Source: Anthoceros angustus
Taxonomy: Eukaryota; Plantae; Anthocerotophyta
NCBI GenBank assembly: GCA_010909165.1
Contig: MU008152.1
Coordinates: forward strand, 248,001-312,000
Length of the DNA: 64,000 bases
Direction of reading: 5' to 3'
Shown here one piece after another: positions 46,505 to 58,996 of this stretch (position 1 is the first letter of the stretch; every line of letters begins with the position of its first letter). Under the pieces are notes generated by a model. It saw only the letters and a program-made list of their open reading frames with translations, searched no databases and was not told the origin of the DNA. A program made the translations under genes and the position numbers.

Positions 46505-46772
46505 CCTTCCACTTCCTCGTCCATTGGTATAGAACCGAGCATACAGGATGTGTTTGAAGGGCGTTATGTGGAAGAGTATATGAATGCAGGGCATAATCAC
46601 CAACCGGTCATGACGCAGTAAGAAAGGGCCCAAGGGTTTATATCCAAGAATATGCAGAGCTATATAAACGCAGCGGTAATGCTTTACTACGGATTTAACC
46701 TCACTTCACGGAAACATCGTATCTGAAGTGGACAAAAAGCTATCATAGATAAGTTAAATGAATTGCGAGGAT
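46505..46772 (+). pseudogene. Transposase C-terminal fragment, copy 3
   Basis: CTTCCTCGTCCATTGGTATAGAACCGAGC...GAATTGCGAGGAT matches 44880-45146. Confidence 0.75.
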
Positions 46773-48600
46773 TGTGGTGTGACTTTTCTTGTGATTAGCG
46801 CAATCCGTGTCGTGTAAGGAGTCCGCTCCCAAGAGAATGATAAGCTCGGTTGCCGCGTTTCGTTCGATTCTCACCTCACTTGGCCAGCGCTTTATACTTA
46901 CATTATTTTGCGTAACTACTCGTAACGTCCACCGTCAGCCCGGTGGCCAACGCGTTTAAGGACCCGTTTGCGTCCGTATCGTTCACACTCGCCACTCGTT
47001 CCTCTAGTCCGTCCTCATAGCTCTCACTGCACTCATCAACCTTGGGAAAAACGAATGGCTACTGAGGTCCTCCTCCAGAGTCGCTTGGCGGCCTCTCCGT
47101 CCAAGACTCTGCCCCTCCGAGTTCCTCCGCTTACACGATCGGGTTTGTTACTGGGCGGCTGCTGACGAACAAGGGTCCCAGTCGCCTGCACACACCACCA
47201 CACGTTAGGGTCCGTCACGGGACCTTGATCGATCTCTCCGGGGCTGTCGTGCACCTTTCATGACTTAGGACTCACGTTAGCAAGAAGATGCACAAGGGTG
47301 CAGAAACGCAGCATCAACACCAAGAGAAGATGATTTATTCGGGCGCCTCGGCCCTCTTATACTACATGACGGCTTTACACCTCTATTCGAGCCGAGGACC
47401 AGCTCGGTTATTGCCTACTACTATCCTCCTATTCCTCCTATCGCGGTGGTGGGCTGGATATTACAGTTTCTTCTTGGCACCGGCCCAAAGGAGCCACTGA
47501 TTGCGGGCGCGCAATCGGATGATCCGCGGTAGGACCCTTCCTCTTCCCGAGGGTCTGTTGCTGCGCCATGCGGCGACAACGGCGGTCACCACTAAGTCCT
47601 CCTCGCCCTCCTCTCTTATCTCTCTGGCGGGCCCCTGCGCAATGGGCCCTCCAAGGGCTGGATCTGCTGGGGCTGGTGATTGGTGGCTCTCCCCCACTCC
47701 CCTAGTCTGGACCTCAGGACCCTGTCTCGACTCCGGAGTCCGGACCTCTAGGTCCGGTCTTCCCTCTGGGGTCCGGTCTCCTGTGTCCGGCCTTCTTTCT
47801 GGAGTCCGGACCTCGGGGTCCGGACTTGCCTCTGGGGTCCGGTCTCCTGTGTCCGGCCTTCTTTCTGGAGTCCGGACCTCGGGGTCCGGACTTGCCTCTG
47901 GGGTCCGGTCTTCTGGTCCCAACCTTCCTGAGTCCAGGACCTCGGTCCGGATTCGTCACTAGAGTCTGGATCTCTAAGTCCAGACTTCCTTCAGGGGGCC
48001 GGACTTCGGGATCCGGCCTTTCGCAGTCCTGACAAAGTCCGGACCCTGACTCTGGCTTTGCCTCCTCACCCAGGGCGATCACGGGCGATCACGGGCGATC
48101 ACGGGCTCATCCAACAGCCTCCTTGGTTCCCGAATGCCCGGTTGCGCCCTTTCCACAGCATCCCCAGGATCCTCCTTCCTTCCTTCCATGTGAGGGTGCC
48201 GAGTGCTTACCTCCAGGTGTGACCTTCCTCCTCCCGGCTCCTCCCGGCTCTCCCTCGCAGCTGCTGCAGTAAACAAGCAGCTCCTAGGGCCCCGTGGGTC
48301 ACTTGTCCGTCCGTCCTCTCGCTCCTCCTTCCGACCCTTGCCGAAGTCCACCCTCCCTGCTTAGGGCGGGACCTCAGCCTTGAGGAGCTCTGTGGTAGTA
48401 GGCGAAGTCGGAATCGACTTGCTGAATCCTCTTCCACATGAGCCCGGGCACCCAGTACTCCCTCCTCCGTGAGGTGCTCCGGCGGGCATGTTATCTGCTT
48501 GGCCCGTCTCGTGGCTGCTTACCCCTGTATGGCGGGCGGACTCCCTTGATGCAGATTAAGGCGGCCTCTCTCTGCGACGCGCTGGCCGCGTTCTCCTCCT
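46773..48600 (-). repeat. Inverted LTR fragment with ~60-bp tandem subrepeats
   Basis: Reverse complement of the LTR 3' half. GGAGTCCGGACCTCGGGGTCCGGACTTGCCTCTGGGGTCCGGTC units at ~47720-47950. Confidence 0.75.
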
Positions 48601-49917
48601 CCCGTCGTTGTTCCAAAGGAGAGAGACGCGGAAACCTTTGTGGAGGATTTCGTATCTCGAGCAAATGAGTGAGTTATCCTCAATCTTTCAAATTACCTCT
48701 ACCATATTTTGCTACAGTTAAACTGCAATATATTTCCTGTTTAATCGTGTATTCTGTGATAAGCAGAGATTGCACTTGCACTAGAAAACAAAGAGCTCAA
48801 AACAAAAGATTTGCTGGCTCTCATGGAGGATCCAGAGATAACAAAGAATATTAAAAAGGTAAATCACGACAATTTCATTTTCTTTAGACAAGATGTAAAT
48901 TATGATGTAAATGTATGTGCTATCCAGAAGTTGCGATCACACTTCCGTAGTGTTGGAAATCTCCACAACACCTGTTTAATATTGGTCAAAAAGGTGTATA
49001 TAAAGCAGGATCAATTGCGACTTGAAATGGACGTTAGTGACTAACTCGTTTGCACCTTCGTTTGTAGTTTTCGGAGAGCCAAAAGGAGTTATTCGTACTC
49101 TTTGAGGTTAGTGCATGAAATTAAAAAGAATTTGAAATCATGTGAAATTCTAATGTAAGATATTTTTTGTTGCAGAAATATTCTCGTATGGATGAAATTC
49201 TGGAAATGATAATTTTTCTTTCTGAGCCATATAACTATCAAAGAAAAAGTTATTATTTTGAAGAGGAAGATGTACCAAATGACACTCCGAAATCACCTGT
49301 TTATACTCCGTCCATGCAGGTAGAAGACCATTAGCAAGTTTTCAGCAAACTGTTATCAGTGAACTGTTAACGAACAGTAAAACCAAGCACTATAAAAGTA
49401 TAAAAATACTTTCATCGTAGTTTGAGAAAAAGAATTATAAGCCGGGTACTCCAAGCAACAACTCTTAAATTTCGAACAGACCTCGGCTCCCGCCTCGGTC
49501 TGCAGTCGAGTCTGGGCGCGTCTCGGCCCCAGACTCGGCCGCTCCCTTACGCCAGGGAACGGACGCGCCCTGATACGAAGTGTCCTTGTGGAAGGACCAG
49601 TCCAATTATTCCAGTGATGCCTACACGGCCATCGGCCACAATTGGATCTGCATTCAACAGGCCACACTCTACAGGCCGCAAACTAAGTGAAAGGGTGAAA
49701 CGCTTTCATGTAACACATGGTTTTGCGACACCCTCTAGATACCTGCAGATGGTTGTCTGCAGGATGGTGTGAATCCACATCCTTCCTAATTCGTGCCCGT
49801 TACAGGCATGCGAAGTTGCTATCATCCAAGTAGGCCTGCTAGTAATTTCATGTGAGAACAGTCACAAACTTGCTGCACTTGATCAGACTAACCAGCTGCT
49901 CTCAGGTTCATAAAAAA

Positions 49918-51040
49918 ATGGAGTACTAGTGTAGCCTTCTGGTGCTGACGATCTCCTGTTCATTATTTTTGACCGTGCAGCTCTCATGCTCGGAGTCGGC
50001 AGAGCATGCTGAGTTATTGCGGTAAGTTGCAGCTTTCTGGACGAAGTGTCAATCTTGCAGAGCTTGCTGCCTAGAACTCATGTATCTGCAAATGGCAGTG
50101 CGTGAATCATGGAAATGGGCTCCTCAATTGGCGAAATCAGTTGAAAGAAAAGAAAATCTATCCTTCCACAGTGCCAGGGCTGGAGCTGAAATGGGTGTTC
50201 AACACTTCGGGAGACGTCTCAGTTACGCCTTCAGTAGCTGACGGAGTTGTCTACTTTCCCAGCTGGGATGGAATTTTGTATTGCGCAGTAGCAGAAAAGT
50301 CCGGGTCCCTTGTTCGGTCTGTGAACTTGACGACAGCATTGGGTACTCGCGACTTCTGCGTTGACGATCTTAATTTGAGGCTATGCAGGATTTCGCTGGC
50401 TGATTGTTTACCCTGTTTGGGAGGTGCAGGGATTCCTGGGGCAATTTCCAGGACCACGTCATTTGTGGCAAGTAAGCCTTCTCCTCAGAGGACCTGTGAT
50501 CTGTGGCAGCAGAAATAGGAATCAGATATCGGAGGTGCCTCACGTCGTATATATCTTTGGCAAATCTGGATTGGCAGGCAGAAGGGCCGGGTGGATCAGT
50601 GGGGGGAGGCATCCGGGGCTCTGCCACAGACGGAGCCAGGGTGTTCACCAATATCGGCAACTCCCAGAGTTTGCCATGGACATTGGTGCCCTCGTCTACA
50701 GTGGTTACAAGCGGAGGCTGGGTAGCCCTGGAAGCTGAGAACGGCACCATCCTGTGGTCTGTCGCAGATCCTGCAGGCAGTTACGCCTACGGCCCAGTGA
50801 GTTACACCAACAATGTGCTCTTCACAACATCTGCAGTTCGAAATGATTCTGTCTACGCTCTCGGTGCCAGCTCCGGAGAGCTTCTTTGGCTCTCGGATGA
50901 ACCTGACGCCAGTGTGTACGGCGGCTGGTCGATTGCAAATGGCTGTGGCTTTGCCGAAGAAGTTACGCTGCCTTCCCCGCCCTCGGCCTGTCTGGGGGCA
51001 ACAAGGTGTTTGGTTACTGTGTCAAACATACCAAATGAGC
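49918..51040 (+). pseudogene. PQQ-type beta-propeller (PVA-dehydrogenase-like) paralog, internally deleted
   Basis: Homologous to 51919-53983 but with an early stop (ATG GAG TAC TAG), loss of the exon-1 donor, loss of ~940 bp (end of exon 3 through exon 5) and a 3' frameshift. Confidence 0.85.
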
Positions 51041-51918
51041 CTTCACGATGTGTAGGTACTGATAACCTGGAAGGCTCACACATTTGCACAGAGGTAAATA
51101 ACATTACGCGGTCACACACACCTTAAACCCACGGGGTTCTAATTAGGTAGCCATGTTTCCAGATGTGGGTTTGCATCTGGCCTCTGCGAAGAGGACTGCA
51201 AGCACAAAGAAAGATTAAACACTTTCACGTATTCCATGTATTGCCTGGATGGCCACAATTGGAACTCATGCAACTGGCCACCAACTGAGCAAAACGGAGG
51301 AAACACTTCATGTAAGATCTAATGTCCCGGTAGCACCCCTTCAGACACCTGCCCATGCTTGTCTTCATGATGATGTGACTCCACATCCTGCCCAGGCCAG
51401 AAATTTTACATGTTCAACTATGCTTGTGCATTGAACTAGATATCCCAATGATGTGCCCTCAGCACTCCACTCCCTATTTTCACATTTTGCGTCCCCTCGA
51501 GTGGGGAAGTCCTGACAATCACTCAATTGGCTTCAATGTCGTGAAGGACAGACAAAAGGCAAGCTGGTTTCAGCTTCGGCCGTCATTTTCCAAAAAGTTC
51601 AGTTAGACCCGTTTAGGAGGAGTGACGTGGGCAGATCAGTAGTTCTCACTTGTCATTCATTCATCATTTTCAGCACAAACTTTCGGCATGTATGAAGTTG
51701 GCTGATTACAGAAGCAGGATTCAGCACGCACAAATGGCTACCAACTTAGGACCGGTTGCGATCTCCAGAAATGGGTATCATTGTTCCGGTATACGAGCAG
51801 CTTTCAACGCGTGCGAAGTTGCGATCATCCAGGCAGGCTTGCTTGTGAATTCATCTCTGAACTGTCATAAACTCGCTGCACTACGTCAGACCAACCAGGT
51901 GTTTAGGACCCCATCAAA

Positions 51919-53983
51919 ATGGCGTGTAGCCTTGAGGTGCTGACAATTGCCTGTTTCCTACTTTTGACCCTGGGCCTCCCATGCTCAGAGTCGGCACACC
52001 ATGCTAAGGTAATTGCGGTGGACTGCAGATTTCTGGAATAAGAGTCCATGTTGCAGAGCTTGCTGTCTGACATTCATGTGTTTGCAAATGGCAGTGGGTG
52101 AATCATGGGAACGGGATCCTCAATTGGCGCAATCAGCTCAAAGAAAAGAAAATCTGTCCTTCCACAGTGTCAGGGCTGGAGCTCAAATGGGTGTTCAACA
52201 CTAAGTCTTCGGGAGACGTCTCAGTTACGCCCTCAGTTGCCGATGGAGTTGTCTACTTTCCCAGCTGGGATGGGAACTTGTATGCAGTAGCAGAAACGTC
52301 CGGGTCCCTTGTTTGGTCTGTGAACTTGACGACAGCATTGGGTATTCGTGACTCCTGCTTCCTCCATTTCAATTTGAGGCAATTGCAGGACTTTGCAGGC
52401 TGATTGTTTACCGCTGTTGGGGAGGTGCAGAGATTCCAGGGGTAATTTCCAGGTCCACACCCGTCATTTGTGGCAAGTACCTGATAGTAGGGATTTACGG
52501 ACCCGCAGTGATTGTGGCATTCAACAGATCGTCCGCCCAAGTTGTGTGGCAGAAGCAGGTGGAAACTGCTCCCCTGTCAGTGATCACCATGTCGGGAGTG
52601 TGCTACGAAAAGTATGAACCTTCCTTCGTTCAATTCCCTCTCAGCTGCTGCAAAAATTTGTCCCATCAGTCCCCCGTCCCTGATGCACATATACATTTGC
52701 AGGTACTATTACGTCGGCACATCTTCCATCCAAGAAACTGCAGCTGTGCCTCCAAACTGCTGCAATTTCATCGGAAGCATGCTGAAAATGAGAATCACCA
52801 CGGGGGAAGTGATATGGCAGACCTTGATGCTTCCAAACAACAACGGCTCATTCGGGCTCTACTCCGGAGCAGCGCTGTGGGGAAGCAGCCCCGCAATCGA
52901 TGAGGCCCGCCGCTATGTCTACGTAGCCACCGGAAACCTCTACTCTGCTCCACCGGACGTGGAGGCATGCGAGGAGACCCAGCAGCAGCTCCCCCAGCCG
53001 GACGTTAGTGCTGCTCTCTCACCCAAGCTATGACTTCCTTCCCTTCCATTTTGTCTTTCAGCCGAAGATGGATTTGCACCCATCTCGTCTCAAGTCCTTC
53101 TTGCTTCTGCCTGTTCCAGGTTCCAGATCCCTGCATCACCCCCGACAACAGAGCCAACGCCATGGTGGCCCTGAACATGGACACCGGCGCCATAGTGTGG
53201 AGCACAGTTCTGGGAGGATACAACGCATGGACCTTCGCTTGCTTGGTGCCCGGGAATCCCAACTGCCCAGCAGGCCCTGCCACAGACTACGACTTCGGAG
53301 AGGCGCCCACGCTTCTCACCATCAACAATGGCACTCGCGATATCGCTGTGGCAGGCCAGAAAAGTGGCACAGTCTGGGCTCTTGATCGCGACAGCGGTTC
53401 ACTGGTGTGGGCCACGGTAAGCCTTCGCCTCTGAGGACCTGTGATCTGTGGCAGCAGAAATAGGAATCAAATACAGCGCTGCCTCACGTCGTATATATCT
53501 TTGGCAAATCTGGATTGGCAGGCAGCAGGACCGGGTGGATCAGTGGGGGGAGCCATCTGGGGCTCCGCCACAGACGGAGCCAGGGTGTTCACCAATATTG
53601 GCAACTCCCAGAGTTTGCCATGGACATTGGTGCCCTCCTCTACAGTGGTTACAAGCGGAGGCTGGGTAGCCCTGGAAGCTGAGAACGGCACCATCCTGTG
53701 GTCTGTCGCAGATCCTGCAGGCAGTTACGCCTACGGCCCAGTGAGTTACACCAACAATGTGCTTTTCACAACATCTGCAGTTCGAAATGGTTCTGTCTAC
53801 GCTCTCGATGCTAGCTCCGGAGAGCTTCTTTGGCGCTCGGATGAACCTGACGCCAGTGTGTACGGCGGATGGTCGATTGCAAATGGCTGTGGCTTTGTCG
53901 GAGAAGGTTACGCTGCCTTCCCCGCTCTCGGCCTGTCTGGGGGCAACAAGGTGTTTAGTTACTGTATCAAACATACCAAGTGA
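51919..53983 (+). CDS. Secreted PQQ-binding-like beta-propeller protein (plant polyvinyl alcohol dehydrogenase-like), 6 exons
   Basis: Exons 51919-52008 (signal peptide MACSLEVLTIACFLLLTLGLPCSES), 52095-52341, 52431-52611, 52703-53003, 53120-53416 and 53522-53983, all GT-AG and in frame. Motifs WVNHG, VYFPSWDG, SRSTP, ITMSG, NCCNFIGS, WGSSPAID, ATGNLYS, DFGEAP, QKSG, GGWVAL. Confidence 0.9.
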
Positions 53984-54890
53984 GCCTCTCACATTGCACA
54001 AATACTACGTGCTGGATCCTATCGACAACGTAGAAGGCTCACTCTTTTGCAAAGAGGTGGATAACATTACGCAGTCACACACACCTTAGACCCACGGAGC
54101 TCTGAATACATCCATAGCCATGTTGCCAGACGTGGGTTTGCATCTGGCATCTGCAAGAGATTCTGGACGCAACAGGCCACAAACAAAGCAAAACGCAGGA
54201 AACTGTCACGGTGTAACATAATCACTCAAGTAGTTTCAACGTCGAGAATTACGAACAACTCGCAAACTGGTTTCTTGCACCATGATTTTCCAAAATGATT
54301 GCAAGCTGGTTTGTTCAGCGTGGACCACCTTTTTCCAACGAATGCTGGGAACGATGGAGTCAAAATCGAGTGCTGCAAACGATGAAAAAAAGGGAAGGAT
54401 GAAAGTTGAGAATACTGTGAGCGCCTTGATTGAGCACGATAACACCGCGACTTACTCTCTTACACCTGCTCACGCAAGCTGTGAACCATGTGAACCTTTA
54501 TCAAGAGTGCTGATCACACGCAGGTCAGGGCAGACAGACAAATCCATGTGAATCCGTAACATCAGACTCGAGGTCAAGTTTTTACATGCAATGTGAAGTA
54601 GCCAGACAGGCTCCGACAAAAATTGCCTGGACAGTTCCTAAAAGTCACTACTCCTCTCATGAACGCTAAGCTAAGCAAGGAGGACAGCAAGAGTCAAGAA
54701 AGGGCTCTCGGAGTACACACTCCCCTACTACCCAACAAGAGAACACTCCTTGACTTCAAACTTCTGTGCGGCCATCCTAGCAACTTTTGCCCCTGCAAGT
54801 TGTTGTGGCAGGAAGAATGGTTAGTCCCCTTCAATATATGTACACAGCCACAGCTCTCCCACTGCTGCAGTCCTGTCCTGTGTGCACCAC

Positions 54891-57800
54891 TCAGGACCTG
54901 GCACAAGGGGACAGTGGAGGATCTGGAGGGCAGTTAGCCCGATATAAACCACACGGATTCTCCAGCGTCAGGTCCTCGTGTGATCTTGAGTTGGCCCGGC
55001 TTCGGGTAGAGATAGCCGGGGGTCGAGCAGGAACCCGAGGTGGCTTCTTCATCGCATCCCCCGACTTCTTGGACACAGGTAGAAATGGTTCCCTGCATCG
55101 CAATATCGCCACAGCTGTGGCAAAGCCTTGCACAGAGGAAATGGGCTGCTGAAAGCTGACGGAAAACAAGCCGTCGTGCTCCTGCTGAGATAAATGCAAA
55201 GCTGCTTGCATCTGCTTTCCCTGCACACCATAAACATGCGTTTCAGCAACACGATTCATGCATCATCTTCATAAACTTCACCTTTGCAACAGGACGTCCA
55301 CTCAACAGAAAAGACACTTACCAGAGGAAATATTCTGCAGGACTGCTGCTGCGAATCTCCAGAGAGCGGTTCCATCGAGGGGGCTTCGCTTTCAAGGACC
55401 TTCAGTCCACACCCTTCATCCCAGTTCCCGCAATCGCACTTCCCTCCGGACCTCCATCGCTGAAGGAGTGGCTGGGGACCGCAGGCTCCTGCAGAGCTGA
55501 AACCGTGCCTCCCAGCAGGGAGAACCAGGGTGACCTCCAGCCTTCCTGCACTGATCTTCCCATGCTCGCTGATGTTGTCCTCCATCTTCTGCAAGTCGCA
55601 AAGCTTCCGTCTGTGACCCCTTTCCGACCCAGAGCTCGAGCTGGAATTGCTCCGGCTGTTCTGGAGAGTGGCTTCTGGGGCGTCAGACCCACAGGCGGAA
55701 CAATGTCCACAGTCGCTGCCGCCATCGCTGTCTGTAGCCGAGACTGCGCAACCCAGGCCTTCGTCTGACGTCATGCTATTGCTCCTTGCTGGTCGAATGG
55801 AACGCCTTTTCAAGAAATTCAGTCCCCACCCAGTTTTCTCACCTGGCGCCAAGTTCGCACCCTGCAAGAAGGCCAAATCCTTTTCCACAGGGGTTCTGAT
55901 CAGCACTGCAGCCAGCTCCGCTTGGAACTGAGATGCGATAGAGGTTCGCGTATTGAGGTCCGAGTCATCTGTTCCTTCTGAGTCACTCCAGAAGTCCTGG
56001 AATGATTTCCGAGCCCTGTTTTCCAGCTGTTTTCCAGGACTGGCTCGGTACATGCTCTTCCCCACATGCCACGAGAACTTGTCCGAACCACCAGCTTCCT
56101 TGGGCTTGCTCGCCAGGTATGGAGAGGCCCAGTACCTCTCTGGCATGCTGTAAGAGACATACCGGGATGAGCCATCATAAAGGTCCGCGGAGGGGGACTC
56201 CATTATGGAGGAAGCTGCTGGGCTGAAGTATGCGGAGCTTGCAGGAGACTTGTCACCCTGCACCCATGGTGTTCTTCCAGGCGTAAATTCCCAAGCGCCA
56301 CCACCACCAACTAGTTTTGCACTGCTTGGAAAAGGCGTCACAGCAATAGCTTCCTGATCCAGGACGTCCAAGAACACGCACTCCGACTCCACATAGTATT
56401 TCACGTCTCCAGTAACACTAACCTCGTCACACAGCGTGCTTGACACCCTCAGCTTTCCTACAAACTCGCACACAGGCTTATCCTTCTTGCCCCAGCTTCT
56501 CCATCCACTTTTCCTAGTAGCCTTGCCTTTCCAGCGGTAGATGGAGAAGATCTGATCAGTGCTGCCATCTGCAGGCTCAGATCTGCACGTCTTGGCCACA
56601 AACATCTCTTCAGTGTCGAGCATCACCAGTGAGTAACTTGGAAGGCCATCTCTGTAAACACACTGTAGCTGACCAGCACAAGGGCCTCCCTCACATGCAG
56701 TCAGGCTGGCCGGGGAGCGTGAGACAAAGCTATGTACTCTCTGAGACAGTGAGTGGGCCGACTTGACAGAAAACGATGAGAACTTGGGAGCAGGAAGACA
56801 GCTCGGAGTCTTCAACGCTGGAACCAGAGCTCTGCACACCGCCTCGTCACTAGAAGAGGAGCTGAAAGTCTTGGAGATCCTCCTCGGCAGCCCAGGGCTG
56901 GCTGCTCGATACAAAGACGCTAGCGATCCTTTCCTTTTGAGGGAGACCCTCATCCTCGACCCCTTGAGAGAGTCACTGACTTCACTCTCCAAGTCTGTGC
57001 CTGACTCCGGAGACGTCTTGACAGGGGCCTCGGATGCCGCTCCGTAAACAGACGCCCAGGAAGCAAGAATGGAGGCTCTCGACTCCTTAACTGGATCCAT
57101 CCAGCTTCTGATAGGACTCACGGAAGCCCTTCCACATTGCTGTGGGATCTCTGTCTTCGGACCTCTCAAACCTGTGTGCAAGGAGTCATGGCTGACATGG
57201 GAAAGCTTAGAGTCCTTGAATGAGCTGTAGAAGTTCCTCTTGGCAGGGCTGGGTGTAGTAGCCCGCAACGACGGGCTGGAGCTAGTGCGAAGCACTGGTG
57301 CTGACGATTCCCTCACACCAGTCCCTGCTCTGGCCCCTGGACTTCCACAGCTCCTAGCAGACAGAGGGCTCGGGCTTCTCTTGCCACCAGCAAGGCTTGC
57401 ACTACACCTCTTGCCCTCTCCTTGGCCAGCCACTTTAAAGGCAGGCGATGGGGCTCCACTAGTCAACCGACTCTCCGGAGCCTTCTGAGGGTTAGGAAGC
57501 CTCCTGCCAAGGAGAGAGCGACCTCCTCGTGGACTACTGGGTGGCCGGGACGTTGTCACGTTCTTGACAGGAAGGCTCTTCCGGGCTGCTCGAGGAGGCT
57601 TAGCAGAGTAGCTAGGAATGAAAGCATGAGCAGGCCTCCCCTGAGAAGACGGTAGACTAAAATCTTCAGCCTTGTTGCTCCCAAACCTGCTCTTCTCCGA
57701 AACACATGGATCTGAATCGTACCGGGATACATCCCACTCCTCATTGTGGTCATTCAAAGTATCGATAACATCACCATCAAAGGAGCTGAAGTAGAAGCGC

Positions 57801-58996
57801 TGTTCCGGAGAGCAGAAGACGCTTTCGGGAGACCTGGTTGTGGCTGAAAAGAAGACAGAATGAGGAGTCGCAAAACCACTGGCTACAGCGTCGTCATCCC
57901 CAGCCTTGCTCTGCTCAAGGTTCCTGTAGCTGGGAAGAGACTGCAACTTCATCCCACCGCCTGGCCCTGCCATCTGCCTTCCAACGGAAACGTCCATCTC
58001 CTCGCTCCGGATCCCTGGACACTCGAACGTGGTGTCATCCCCGACAGTGCCCAGCACCGCACGTTCTTGGCTCTCCACCATCCTCCCCTCTCGGAAGTCG
58101 AATTCCAAGAAACTGACATCATTCGGGCCCTTCACCAGAGTGGGCAGCTTCAAGTCCAGCGGCCCGAGAGAGTCACCTGCCACTGAAACCTTGTGCAAGG
58201 CTTGGTGGTAGGACTGCGGAATGCTGGGCGGCGGGAGGGAGATGGCAGCCATGGGAAGCCCTTGAACATGACTAGGAGTGACACTGGCAGGGGAGATGTC
58301 TCCCTTGACACCGTAGCTGCTGGCCTCGCTCCTGGACGAGAAGGAAGACGTGGAGTCGAGCGTGGAGAACAAGGACGAGGAGCATTCGCTAGCAGAGGGC
58401 GAGTGCGACATTCTTCTCCTGTCCGATGACTTGTTGTCATCCTTGCATACCTTCCTGTCTGTACCCGCAGCCCACCTCTCTGCCAAAAGATCCCAATCCT
58501 CTGCCTGAAACCGAAGAGCTCGATCCTGGAAGCTCTCCTCCTTCTTCTCACTCAACCCCGTCTCCCCGGGGCATCCCATCCCGTCCTTCAAACTCGACAC
58601 CCTGCCGGATGCATCCTCAACCGGCCCAGAACTCCCGTCCTGCACGGCCGCATTTTCACTTTCCCCGTTTTCCTGCTTCGGACTCTTCCTACGACCCGCA
58701 TGAAACTGCGACCGCCCGCCCTGCCCCGCAGAAGGAGAAGGAGAAGGGGAGCAAGAACTGCCTCCCTGGCTGCTGCAATGCTCAAAGGTTCCATTCCCGG
58801 CCCCTCCCCCAACAACCCCCTGCTTCACAATAGGCGAAGAAACTCTACTCCTAGAGGAACCTTTGCTCACGCCACCAGCCTTCCTCGCAGCTCCAACCTC
58901 AGGCGAGCGCTGCACCTGATGAGACACTTTCCCCACACCGCTGCTGTTGTTGCTGACAGGCAGATTCCCAATCTGCGCGCAGGCCCGCCGCCCCAT
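54891..58996 (-). CDS. DUF3527-family plant protein with a long Ser/Pro-rich N-terminus, 2 coding exons
   Basis: Exon 58996-55322, 101-bp GT-AG intron, exon 55220-54891. Motifs ELAAVLI, VTLVLPAGRHG...LLQRWRSGGKCDCGNWDEGC and DGLFSVSF...SVQGFATAVAIL. Confidence 0.88.

Noticed and set aside
11520-48600. TIRs/TSD delimiting the Sola-like DNA element
   Set aside because: Searched by eye and none found. The ends are probably destroyed by nested insertions, so element boundaries are not claimed.
48811-49044. 77-aa ORF in an AT-rich stretch
   Set aside because: No recognisable motif. It may be an exon fragment but cannot be supported.
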